DNA from: an uncultured archaeon
GTDB lineage: Archaea > Iainarchaeota > Iainarchaeia > Iainarchaeales > 0-14-0-20-30-16
Assembly (NCBI GenBank): GCA_964565725.1
Contig: CAZMGA010000012.1
Span: 1-20,644, forward strand
Direction: 5' to 3'
DNA: 20,644 nt
The notes beneath the pieces were generated by a model, which was not told the DNA's origin, did not search any database, and saw only the letters and a program-made list of their open reading frames with translations. The first letter of the stretch is position 1. The number at the start of each line of letters is the position of its first letter. The position numbers and the translations under genes were made by a program. This document shows, piece after piece, positions 8,286-17,050 of the stretch.

Positions 8286-8305
8286 ATATCGGGAATTCCC
8301 GATAT
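8286..8305 (-). terminator. 20-bp perfect palindrome ATATCGGGAATTCCCGATAT, probable terminator hairpin of the 55-aa ORF
   Basis: The sequence is perfectly self-complementary (checked base by base). It starts 6 nt after the stop of the minus-strand ORF 8311-8478 and is followed on the minus strand by TTTTCTAATTTTTT. It is the only GC-rich element in this spacer. Confidence 0.45.
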
Positions 8306-8310
8306 CATAT

Positions 8311-8478
8311 TTATTTTGATTTTAACATAGGTAATCCTGTTTTTTTATTTTCGATTACTTTATAACCTGCAGGTAGTTCTATGCTTCCTTTAGGATCTTT
8401 TGAAAAGAAAAATAATCTACCTTTACTATGTAAGTAGTAAGTATTTCCTTTACTATTTTTATGACTATAACCAACCAT
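8311..8478 (-). CDS. Small basic protein, 55 aa (unannotated in the ORF track)
   Basis: Hand translation gives MVGYSHKNSKGNTYYLHSKGRLFFFSKDPKGSIELPAGYKVIENKKTGLPMLKSK*. A strong SD GGAGGAG (plus-strand ctcctcc 8484-8490) lies 5 nt upstream of the ATG (8478-8476). A palindromic terminator sits just downstream. Confidence 0.6.
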   Translation of the reverse strand: MVGYSHKNSKGNTYYLHSKGRLFFFSKDPKGSIELPAGYKVIENKKTGLPMLKSK

Positions 8479-8570
8479 AAGATCTCCTCCATTTATAAAT
8501 AAAACGTTAAGTATAATATATCTCTCCTATTAATAAAGGTTTCGGTAAATTATTATATTTAGTGAAGGGA

Positions 8571-9977
8571 ATGCTTCGTATATATAATGATTTTACAAAG
8601 AAAAAAGAAATTTTTAAAGCTAACAATAAAGTAGTAAAAATATACTCTTGTGGTCCAACAGTTTATAATTATGCCCATATTGGTAATTTGCTTGCTTTTA
8701 TTCAAGAAGATTTGTTGGTGAGATATTTAAAATTTAAAGGCTATAATGTAATACATGTAAGAAATTTAACTGATGTTGAAGACAAAATTATTAATGCTTT
8801 AAATGATTCAAATAAATCTTTAAAAGAATATACTGATTTTTATATAAATGCTTTATTTGAAGATTTTAAAAAAATTAAAACTTTAAGTTCTAGTTATTAT
8901 CCAAGAGCTACAGAATATATTAATGAAATGGTTGATTTTATTTATGATTTAATTAGAAAAGGTTATGCCTATAAAAGTGATGATGGTTCTGTTTATTTTT
9001 CAGTATCTAAATTTAAAAATTATGGTAAATTGTCAGGTAAAAGTTTAGATAACTTAAAAGAAGGAGCATCTGGAAGAACTTCTAAAACTATAAAGAATAA
9101 AGAAAACGATTTTGTTTTGTGGAAATCTTATACTCCTAAAGATGGGAAAGTTTTTTGGGAAACAAAATTAGGAAAAGGAAGGCCTGGTTGGCACATAGAA
9201 TGTTCGGTAATGGCTAATTCTTTATTAGGAGATACTTTAGATATTCATTCTGGAGGAGAAGATTTAATATTCCCACATCACGAAAATGAAATTGCGCAAA
9301 GTGAAGCTCATTCAGGTAAAAAATTTGCTAGATTTTGGATTCATTGTAAATTTTTATTGGTAGATAACAAAAAAATGTCAAAAAGTTTAGGTAATTTTTA
9401 TACTTTAAGAGATTTAGAAAAAATGGGTTATAATCCATTAGCATTTAGAATGTTGTGTTTATCATCAAATTATAAAAATTCCTTAAATTTTACTTTTGAA
9501 TCTTTACAAGACATGACTAAAAATTATGAAGATATTAATTTATTGGTTGCAAAATTAATTAATTATTTTTCAGAAGTTGAATTTGAAGAAGAATTTAATA
9601 ATGTAATAAAGAAAAAAGCAGAAGAATATTTAGATAAAGTAAAAGAAGCTTTAGATGATAATTTAAATACGCCTTTAGCTTTTAAACAAGTGTACGAATT
9701 TATTAGTTATGTAAATTCGTTAGTTTCTAATGGTAAAATTTCTAAAAAAACTTCTGAAATGTTATTAGATTATTTCCAGGATTATGATTCCATTTTTGGC
9801 ATTTTTAATTTTCCTGAAAAAATATCTAAAGATTTAGAAAATAAATTATGGATCCGATTTAATTCTAGAAAAAACAAAGATTTTTCAATAAGTGATAAAA
9901 TAAGAAAAGAATTTTCTGATTTAAATTATGAAATTGGAGACTTTTCAACAGGCTTTTATGTTATAAAAAATAATTAA
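8571..9977 (+). CDS. cysS: Cysteinyl-tRNA synthetase (class I)
   Basis: HIGN (8676-8687) and KMSKS (9372-9386) signatures are present, along with SCGPTVYNYAHIGN, GRPGWHIECS and HHENE. I chose the ATG at 8571 (MLRIYNDFTKKKE..., typical CysRS N-terminus, GAAGGGA SD) over the track GTG at 8562. Confidence 0.92.
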   Translation: MLRIYNDFTKKKEIFKANNKVVKIYSCGPTVYNYAHIGNLLAFIQEDLLVRYLKFKGYNVIHVRNLTDVEDKIINALNDSNKSLKEYTDFYINALFEDFKKIKTLSSSYYPRATEYINEMVDFIYDLIRKGYAYKSDDGSVYFSVSKFKNYGKLSGKSLDNLKEGASGRTSKTIKNKENDFVLWKSYTPKDGKVFWETKLGKGRPGWHIECSVMANSLLGDTLDIHSGGEDLIFPHHENEIAQSEAHSGKKFARFWIHCKFLLVDNKKMSKSLGNFYTLRDLEKMGYNPLAFRMLCLSSNYKNSLNFTFESLQDMTKNYEDINLLVAKLINYFSEVEFEEEFNNVIKKKAEEYLDKVKEALDDNLNTPLAFKQVYEFISYVNSLVSNGKISKKTSEMLLDYFQDYDSIFGIFNFPEKISKDLENKLWIRFNSRKNKDFSISDKIRKEFSDLNYEIGDFSTGFYVIKNN

Positions 9978-10015
9978 AATTTTAAATTTGTGTTTTATTG
10001 TTTTAATAATATAAA

Positions 10016-10909
10016 TTATACTAAAAAGAATATCAATAAAGATATTGGTAAAATAAATAAAATATAAAAAAATGTTTTCTTTTTGTTTCCATCAATTAAA
10101 GCTATAAAATAACTAGATATTAATGACAATTCTATTAAATAAATCCAAGTAGCAAAAAAAGCATAATTAGATAAATTTACACTACCTATTGCAATATCTA
10201 AACTAGTAAATGCTGATAAATCAAAATTTTGAACTATGTTTTGAACCCAACCCAAAATTAAAGGTACTAATACACTCGAAGAAATAATCAAAGTATATTT
10301 TTGAATTGATAATGATGAATATCTTTCTCTCTCTAACTCGTGCGTTTTGACTATATATTGGGAAATTTTATTAAAAACAAATTGCATATCTTTTCCTGAT
10401 TTATAACCTATTATTAGCAAATTAACAATTCTTTTAAGCAAAATACTTTTATTTCTTTTAGTAATTTCTTCTAAAGCTTTATTTGCTGATAACCCTTTTT
10501 TTATTTGTTTTAAAACAATATTAAATTCTAATGATAAATATTTATAATTTTGTTTGGAAATGTATTCTATTATTCTTGTTATTTCAGTACCTTTTGGAAA
10601 TAAACTTGCTTGTAATAATACTTCTTGTATTTGATTATCTATTTCCTTTTGTCTATTTTCTTCTTTTAACAATTCAAAATTATATGTGAAAAATATAATT
10701 AAAGGTAAAGAAAATAAAATCAAAATGAAAGGAATTAAAGAAATATAATTTAAGATAAATAATATTAAATTTAAACATAAAACAACAAAATAAATAATAT
10801 AATTTATTTTAAAAAATTTTTTTATATTTGAATTTGATTTTGATAGATATAATTCAAAAAGAATAAATTTATTTTTTAATACTTTTTTAAATATATTTTC
10901 AACAAACAT
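10016..10909 (-). CDS. Type IV filament platform protein, single T2SSF-like domain (TadC/FlaJ-half-like)
   Basis: The architecture is N-terminal TM helices, then a soluble helical domain (QIQEVLLQASLFPKGTEITRIIEYIS...IKKGLSANKALEEITK...LIIGYKSGKD), then C-terminal TMs. It starts 4 nt after the upstream gene stop, with a GAGGT SD inside that gene. Confidence 0.6.
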   Translation of the reverse strand: MFVENIFKKVLKNKFILFELYLSKSNSNIKKFFKINYIIYFVVLCLNLILFILNYISLIPFILILFSLPLIIFFTYNFELLKEENRQKEIDNQIQEVLLQASLFPKGTEITRIIEYISKQNYKYLSLEFNIVLKQIKKGLSANKALEEITKRNKSILLKRIVNLLIIGYKSGKDMQFVFNKISQYIVKTHELERERYSSLSIQKYTLIISSSVLVPLILGWVQNIVQNFDLSAFTSLDIAIGSVNLSNYAFFATWIYLIELSLISSYFIALIDGNKKKTFFYILFILPISLLIFFLV

Positions 10910-10913
10910 TTAA

Positions 10914-11696
10914 TTACCTCATAAATCCAGGCATCATATTTAAGATTATAAAAATTAATATTAAATCAATTGCAGGAAATATAACTACAAATAAAATTAT
11001 TAGTTGATTTGGGGTAATACCTAAATCTAAAATTAAAGAACCTATATTTACAAAAACCAATAATAATGCTGGTAAAATTGCTGTAATTCCTATAAACAAT
11101 AAAGAAACCATAACTAATTTATTACTATATAATTTTGTAGATGTGGTTTGAATACTTATTAATTCTTCTGCAAGTTCAAATAAAGGTCCTTTTTCATCAA
11201 AAATTTTGCCACTTTCATAAATGTTTAAAATTTGTTTAAGTGCTCTTCTAAAATCTTTAGAATTATAATTTTCTGAAATGTCTCTTATGCATTTTTGAAT
11301 AGAAATTCCATTATTATATTCATTAAGTAATTCATGAATAATATCTTTTAAATATTTATAATTTAAAGAAGATTTTTTAATTGCAGATAAAAATTCTTCT
11401 CCAATAGATAAATGCATATCCAAATCAATTAGAAAAAAAGGTAATTCCTTTTCTATTTGTCCCAAATAATTCTTTTTTAATAAATAAGGATAGTAATAAT
11501 AAAAAAAATATCCTAAAATAGGAATAACTAATAATATAATACCTGAATATAAATAATTATTAAATATTCCAAAAGAAATAATTGTAAAAAATAAGGTTAA
11601 TGCTAAAATAATAGACTTAAATATTTTGGTATATTGATTTAAATTTAATCCTAATTTTATTTTAATAAATTTAGTTTCTATTTTTTTGTTTATCAT
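10914..11696 (-). CDS. Type IV filament platform protein, single T2SSF-like domain (TadB/FlaJ-half-like)
   Basis: The same architecture applies: ELPFFLIDLDMHLSIGEEFLSAIKKSS...NNGISIQKCIRDIS...FRRALKQILNIYESGK, flanked by TM helices. Its start overlaps the ATPase gene end by 26 nt. Confidence 0.6.
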   Translation of the reverse strand: MINKKIETKFIKIKLGLNLNQYTKIFKSIILALTLFFTIISFGIFNNYLYSGIILLVIPILGYFFYYYYPYLLKKNYLGQIEKELPFFLIDLDMHLSIGEEFLSAIKKSSLNYKYLKDIIHELLNEYNNGISIQKCIRDISENYNSKDFRRALKQILNIYESGKIFDEKGPLFELAEELISIQTTSTKLYSNKLVMVSLLFIGITAILPALLLVFVNIGSLILDLGITPNQLIILFVVIFPAIDLILIFIILNMMPGFMR

Positions 11697-13167
11697 ATTT
11701 ATCTAGCTGCCATAATTGGTTTATATCTTCAAAAAATTCTCCCATATTTTGTTTTTTATACATTAATTCTTCTAATCTTTTTTTGTGATTGTAAAATATT
11801 TTATCATAATCTTTGTTATATATAATTTCTATTTTTTTTCTTATTTTTTCACTTTTATTTAAATAAATCCAAGTATTTGTTTCATAATTGTATTGATATA
11901 TAGGTATTAATTTATTATCTATAATTTCACAAATGTCTATTATTTTTCTTATTTCTTTTTGCAAATTATTTTCTATATCTATGTTATTCCATCTTCTTTG
12001 TAATATAATTAAATCTAAAGCATTTAGATCTTGTTCTAGTGTACCTAATTTTAATAATCTTTCAATTGTATCTTTAGAACTTAAACCATGAAATGTTGCA
12101 AAACTGCCTTTTCCTTGCCCTGCTAATATTGTATCAATAAATGAAGATACTTCTTCTTTACTTCTTATTTCTCCAACTATTAAACGATCAGGTCTCATTC
12201 TTAAAGTGCAAATAATTAAATCTTGCATGTGAATGTTTCTTTTATCTTCTATTTTTAACTTAACTTTGTGTTTATGAGGAATATTTACTTCTGGTGTTTC
12301 TTCACAAATTATAATCCTTTCTGATTTTGGCACAAAACTAAATAACGCGTTTAAAGTAGTTGTTTTCCCAGAACCCGTATTTCCAGCAATTAATATGTTT
12401 GAATCTGTTTGCATTGCTAACCATAAAAATGTGGCTAAATCTAAATTAATGGTATTATAATTTATTAAATCAATTGGAGTTAAAGGATTATACTTAAATT
12501 TTCTTAAAGTGATTGTAGGATGTTCTCCTGAAATTGGAGGTATTATTGCATTTAACCTAGAACCATTATTTAGAGATGCATTTAAAATAGGATTATTTAA
12601 TGAAATTTGTCTGCCTATGCTTCTAGCCATTTTATTAATTAATTCTGTGATATATTCATCATCTGTAAAATATATTTGAGTTTTACACCAACCAATATTT
12701 GATAAATAAATATTTACAGGATAATCTTCTCCAATACCTGTAATTGTAATTTCTTCTATTTTATTTTTGTCTTGAATTAGAGGCGTAATTATTCCAAAAT
12801 TATTTATTTCATAATTTAATAAATCAAACATATATTTTTTTTGTTCTAAATCCAAAATTAATTTATTATTTTGTAAAAATTGTAAATAATATTTTTCCAG
12901 ATCTTTGTTTACATTTGTGGAGGGCAATTCTTTAATATAATCTAAAAATTTTTTAAATAAATTTTTTTCTTGTGTTGATAATTTAGGTATATTTTTAATA
13001 AAACATTTTAAATCTCTTTTATCAAAAACTAATAAATTGTTATCTTCGTAAACAATATCAGGATTTGTATTAAATATTTTCTTAGAAAACCAGCAATCAA
13101 AACCTAAGTCTATTTTTTTACTATCTAAATTAGGTTTTATAAAAGTATCTTTATGATTTAATAGCAT
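11671..13167 (-). CDS. Type IV filament/secretion ATPase (FlaI/PilB/GspE superfamily, archaeal type)
   Basis: Walker A is GNTGSGKTTT (12355-12384). Other signatures are an Asp-box-like IIICEETPE, Walker B RMRPDRLIVGEIR, a His-box ATFHG, and an IEEITITG motif before the ATPase core. Confidence 0.85.
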   Translation of the reverse strand: MLLNHKDTFIKPNLDSKKIDLGFDCWFSKKIFNTNPDIVYEDNNLLVFDKRDLKCFIKNIPKLSTQEKNLFKKFLDYIKELPSTNVNKDLEKYYLQFLQNNKLILDLEQKKYMFDLLNYEINNFGIITPLIQDKNKIEEITITGIGEDYPVNIYLSNIGWCKTQIYFTDDEYITELINKMARSIGRQISLNNPILNASLNNGSRLNAIIPPISGEHPTITLRKFKYNPLTPIDLINYNTINLDLATFLWLAMQTDSNILIAGNTGSGKTTTLNALFSFVPKSERIIICEETPEVNIPHKHKVKLKIEDKRNIHMQDLIICTLRMRPDRLIVGEIRSKEEVSSFIDTILAGQGKGSFATFHGLSSKDTIERLLKLGTLEQDLNALDLIILQRRWNNIDIENNLQKEIRKIIDICEIIDNKLIPIYQYNYETNTWIYLNKSEKIRKKIEIIYNKDYDKIFYNHKKRLEELMYKKQNMGEFFEDINQLWQLDKYDKQKNRN

Positions 13168-13303
13168 AAACTATATAATAATGCAAAGGCTGTTTTTATA
13201 TCTTTCCCTTTAATATTTAAATTAAATAATTTAAATGTTTATAAAAGTTATAGGTAAGTATTTAAAATATATTAAATATATATTATATAATTAAGGTGAT
13301 ACT

Positions 13304-14758
13304 TTGGAATTTACTAATGATGAGATATTATGTTATAAAGCTTTAACTAATGAATATGTAAATTTAGATGAGATTGCTCAAAAATCCCAAATAAATATAG
13401 ATACTATTAGAAGAAATATAATGCTTTTACAGGAAAAGGGTTTTGTTTTTATTGATAAGAGAACCTTTATTAAGTATAAATTAGGAAAATTTGGTAGATT
13501 GTATTTAAATGAAAAATTTCCTGAAGAATTAATTTGTGAGTATATTAAAGATAGAATTTTATTATCAGAGTTAAAATTAAAATTAGGTAATAAATCTGGT
13601 TTTGTAATTGGTTATGCCATAAAAAATCGTTATGTTAAAATGGATAATGAATATATATTGCCATTAAATATGCCTAAAGAAAAAGATTATGAAACATTAA
13701 GAAAATTATTAAATGATTATAATAAAGGTAGAGAATTATCAAAAGAAGAATTATTTTTATTGGGCAAAAATAATTTATTAGAAAAAGAAGAAAAATTAGA
13801 ATATTTTGTTAAAAAATCTAATAAGATTATGGAAGTTTCAAAAAATTTAACAAAAACAGAAACATTTTTAACACAAGAAATGTTAAAAAGTGGAGAAGCT
13901 TTAAAATTAAAATTCAAACCATATAATGTTGTCGCAGATGTAGAACCAATAAATATAGGTAAAGCACAGCCTTATTTACAATTTTTAAATTTAATAAAAA
14001 ATAAATTAGTAAGCATGGGCTTTGAAGAAATGCCTACAAAAACATTAACAACTGAATTTTATAATTTTGATGTATTATTTCAACCACAAAATCATCCCGC
14101 TAGAACTTGGACAGATACTTATAGTTTAAGATATCCAAAATATGACATATTAGAAAATATAGATTTAATTGCAAAAATTAAAAAAGTTCATGAAAATGGA
14201 AATGAGGAATCTAAAGGTTGGGGTTATTCTTGGTCTGTAGATATTGCAAAAAAATTAATGCCTACTGCACATGGTACTGCGTGGAGTGCCCATAAAATGG
14301 CTACAAACGTAGAAAACAATAAAAAATATTTTGCAATTGCTAGAACATATAGACCAGATGTTTTAGATGCAACCCATTTAAATGAATTTAATCAATTAGA
14401 AGGATTCATAATTTCAGATGATTTGTCTTTTAGAGAATTGTTAGGATTATTAAAACAATTTGCTATAGAAATAGCTGGTGCAAAAGAAGTTATGTTTTCA
14501 ACAGATTATTATCCTTTTACAGAACCTTCTGTTTCATTTCATGTAAAACATCCTGATTTAGGATGGGTGGAGTTAGGAGGGGCTGGAATTTTTAGACCTG
14601 AAATAACTAAAACATTAGGAATAAATCAAAGAGTTATTGCATGGGGTTTAGGAATTGATAGATTAGCTATGTTTAGTTTAGGTATTAAAGATATTAGAGA
14701 ATTATATTCTCAAAAATTAGATTGGTTGAGAAATAGAAATTTAATAGATAGGGTTTAG
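13304..14758 (+). CDS. pheS: Phenylalanyl-tRNA synthetase alpha subunit (archaeal/eukaryal type)
   Basis: Class II motif 2 (YRPDVLDATHLNEFNQLEGF) and motif 3 (WGLGIDRLAMF) are present, and the N-terminus has wHTH-like repeats. It starts at TTG 13304, 5 nt after AAGGTGAT (13293-13300). There is no in-frame ATG for about 39 codons (first at 13421). Confidence 0.9.
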   Translation: MEFTNDEILCYKALTNEYVNLDEIAQKSQINIDTIRRNIMLLQEKGFVFIDKRTFIKYKLGKFGRLYLNEKFPEELICEYIKDRILLSELKLKLGNKSGFVIGYAIKNRYVKMDNEYILPLNMPKEKDYETLRKLLNDYNKGRELSKEELFLLGKNNLLEKEEKLEYFVKKSNKIMEVSKNLTKTETFLTQEMLKSGEALKLKFKPYNVVADVEPINIGKAQPYLQFLNLIKNKLVSMGFEEMPTKTLTTEFYNFDVLFQPQNHPARTWTDTYSLRYPKYDILENIDLIAKIKKVHENGNEESKGWGYSWSVDIAKKLMPTAHGTAWSAHKMATNVENNKKYFAIARTYRPDVLDATHLNEFNQLEGFIISDDLSFRELLGLLKQFAIEIAGAKEVMFSTDYYPFTEPSVSFHVKHPDLGWVELGGAGIFRPEITKTLGINQRVIAWGLGIDRLAMFSLGIKDIRELYSQKLDWLRNRNLIDRV

Positions 14759-14843
14759 GTGTTATTATGTACAATTTAAAATTATTCCTAAAAAGTTTAA
14801 AGTTTAAAATATATCCATTAAGTCATAAATTAGAGGTGATTTA

Positions 14844-16499
14844 ATGCCACAAGTAGAATTTAGTAAAAAAGATTTAGAAAAATTATTGGGTTTTAAAGTA
14901 AATGAAAAAGATTTAGAAACATATTTTTTACCTACAAAATCAGAGTTGGATTCTTATAAAGATGGAATAATAACTTTAAAAGGTACTGATACCAACAGAC
15001 CTGATTTGTGGGGAGTAGAAGGGGTAGTAAGAGAGTTAAAAGCTCATTTGGATTTAGAAACTAAAAAATATGAATTTAAAAAATCAGATTATTCTGTAGA
15101 AATTTCAGATTTAAAAAATATTAGACCTAGGGCATCTTATGCTATTGTTAAAAACGTAAAAATGAGTGAAGATTTTTTAGTTAGTTTAATAAATATGCAA
15201 GAAAAAATTGCTAATTCTTTTGGAAATAGAAGAAAAGATGTAGCAATAGGTATTTTTGATTTAGATAAAATTAAAGGTAAAAAATTAAAATATTTTGCAA
15301 AAGAAAAAACATTTGAATTTATTCCTTTAGGTGAAAATAAAAAAATGTCTTTAGAACAAATATTAAATGAACATAAAAAAGGAATAGAATATGCAAATTT
15401 ATTGAAAGACTTTAATAAATATCCTATATTAATGGATGAAAAAGAAAATGTTTTATCAATGCCTCCAATTATTAATTCAAATAATTCTGGAAAAGTAGAA
15501 TTAAATACAAAAAATTTATTTATTGATATTACTGGTTTTTCTCAAAAAAAATTAGATGTGGTTTTATTAATTTTTGCAATGGCTTTTGTAGATAGAGGTT
15601 GTGTAGTAGAACAAGTTGAAGTAAATTATTTAGATGAAAAAATAAAATATTGGGGCTTAGATTTAACTCCAGGAAAAATGCAAATTAAAAAACAATTAAT
15701 TAATGAATACATAGGTTTGAATTTAGATGATAACACAATATGTAAATTGTTAAAACAAAAAAATTATTCTGTCGAAATTAATAAAGATATTATAAATTTA
15801 ACTTATCCACCATATCGCCAAGATATTTTGCACGTAGTAGATGTTATTGAAGATATTATTATTGAATATGGTTATAATTTATTAGAACCAAAAAAATTAA
15901 ATTTTTATAGTGTGGGTAAATTATTGCCAGAAACAGAATGGCAAAATTTAATTAGAAATATTGGTGTGGGTTTAGGTTTACAAGAAATATTGTCTTTTAC
16001 TTTAACATCTGTAAAAAAACAATATAATTGTTTAAATATAAAAGATTTTAAACCAGTAGAATTAGAAAACCCTATGAGTGAAAATATAGCTATATTTAGA
16101 GAAAGAATATTGCCCGAACACTTGGAATTTTTATCTAAAAATCAACATATTTCTTATCCTCAAAATATTTTTGAAATTGGAAAAGTTATTTCAATTAAAG
16201 ATAATAAAGCAATAGAAAATACTAATTTAATAATTACTTTATCTTCTAATGATGTATCTTATACTTTAATTAAACAATACTTAGATGCTGTTTTAAAAAA
16301 TTTAGATATAAGTGAAATAAGTTATGAAAAAATTGATTTACCATATTTAATTGAAGGTAGATCTGCTAAAATAGTATTTAAATTAAATAATAAGATAATG
16401 GTTGGTTATTTAGGAGAAATTTCTCCTTCTGTTCTAATGAATTTTGGAATAAATATGCCTGTAGCATATTTTGAAATAAATATAAATAAATATGATTAA
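14844..16499 (+). CDS. pheT: Phenylalanyl-tRNA synthetase beta subunit (archaeal/eukaryal type, about 550 aa)
   Basis: The length and motifs fit (TNRPDLWGVEGVVRELK; a B3/4-like VLSMPPIINS; a B5-like YPPYRQDILHVVDVIEDI). SD GAGGTGAT is at 14833-14840. It lies adjacent to pheS. Confidence 0.88.
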   Translation: MPQVEFSKKDLEKLLGFKVNEKDLETYFLPTKSELDSYKDGIITLKGTDTNRPDLWGVEGVVRELKAHLDLETKKYEFKKSDYSVEISDLKNIRPRASYAIVKNVKMSEDFLVSLINMQEKIANSFGNRRKDVAIGIFDLDKIKGKKLKYFAKEKTFEFIPLGENKKMSLEQILNEHKKGIEYANLLKDFNKYPILMDEKENVLSMPPIINSNNSGKVELNTKNLFIDITGFSQKKLDVVLLIFAMAFVDRGCVVEQVEVNYLDEKIKYWGLDLTPGKMQIKKQLINEYIGLNLDDNTICKLLKQKNYSVEINKDIINLTYPPYRQDILHVVDVIEDIIIEYGYNLLEPKKLNFYSVGKLLPETEWQNLIRNIGVGLGLQEILSFTLTSVKKQYNCLNIKDFKPVELENPMSENIAIFRERILPEHLEFLSKNQHISYPQNIFEIGKVISIKDNKAIENTNLIITLSSNDVSYTLIKQYLDAVLKNLDISEISYEKIDLPYLIEGRSAKIVFKLNNKIMVGYLGEISPSVLMNFGINMPVAYFEININKYD

Positions 16500-16507
16500 A
16501 TGATATT

Positions 16508-17044
16508 ATGGAAAAAGTAAATGTTTTAGATAAATTTGGTAATACTACTAAAAAAATAGTTAATAAAGATATAGCCCACAAAAAAAAATTATTGCACCCT
16601 GTAGTTCACATTTGGATTTATAATTCTAATAAAGAAATTTTAATTCAAAAAAGAGCTAAAGATAAAAAGTTTTATCCTAATCATTGGGATGTTTCTTGTG
16701 CGGGTCATATTAGTGCAAATGAATCTTTTTTATTAAGTGCAAAAAGAGAATTGAAAGAAGAATTAGGAATTAAAATTAAAAATGATGATTTAGAGCTTAT
16801 TGGAATTATTAAAGATAATACTTGTTGGAAAAACATTTGTGAAAATAATTGGGCATATGTGTATATTTTAAAATATGATAAACAAATAATTCAAATACAA
16901 AATGAAGAATTATCAGAAGTTAAATGGATCCCTTTTAAAGAATTTAAAAATAAAACTAAAAATTTAGAAAAAAACAATTTTACTAAAAAAGAAAACGGCT
17001 ATTTTGAATTTATAATTGCACATTTAGAAGAAAAATTTAAATGA
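16508..17044 (+). CDS. Nudix hydrolase, IDI-1-like subfamily (COG1443-like)
   Basis: A perfect Nudix box G-x5-E-x7-REuxEExGu is present as GHISANESFLLSAKRELKEELGI (16703-16771). The preceding HWDVSCAGH resembles the W-x-N-S-x-C-x-H-P segment of type-1 isopentenyl-diphosphate isomerases. Confidence 0.7.
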   Translation: MEKVNVLDKFGNTTKKIVNKDIAHKKKLLHPVVHIWIYNSNKEILIQKRAKDKKFYPNHWDVSCAGHISANESFLLSAKRELKEELGIKIKNDDLELIGIIKDNTCWKNICENNWAYVYILKYDKQIIQIQNEELSEVKWIPFKEFKNKTKNLEKNNFTKKENGYFEFIIAHLEEKFK

Positions 17045-17050
17045 TAAAAT

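Noticed and set aside
8286-8305. Palindrome as a mobile-element terminal inverted repeat or recombination site
   Set aside because: I saw only one copy in the window, with no flanking direct repeats and no transposase or integrase gene nearby. The terminator interpretation is sufficient.
7522-8310. Possible tRNA or other structured RNA genes in the larger spacers (7522-7644, 8158-8310, 13168-13303)
   Set aside because: All are strongly AT-rich, with no GC-rich acceptor or anticodon stem pattern and no cloverleaf that I could fold by eye. They read as promoter and terminator spacers.
8562-8570. GTG start for cysS at 8562
   Set aside because: The ATG at 8571 gives the typical CysRS N-terminus (MLRIYN...) and is preceded by the purine-rich GAAGGGA. 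The GTG codon itself lies within that SD-like sequence.
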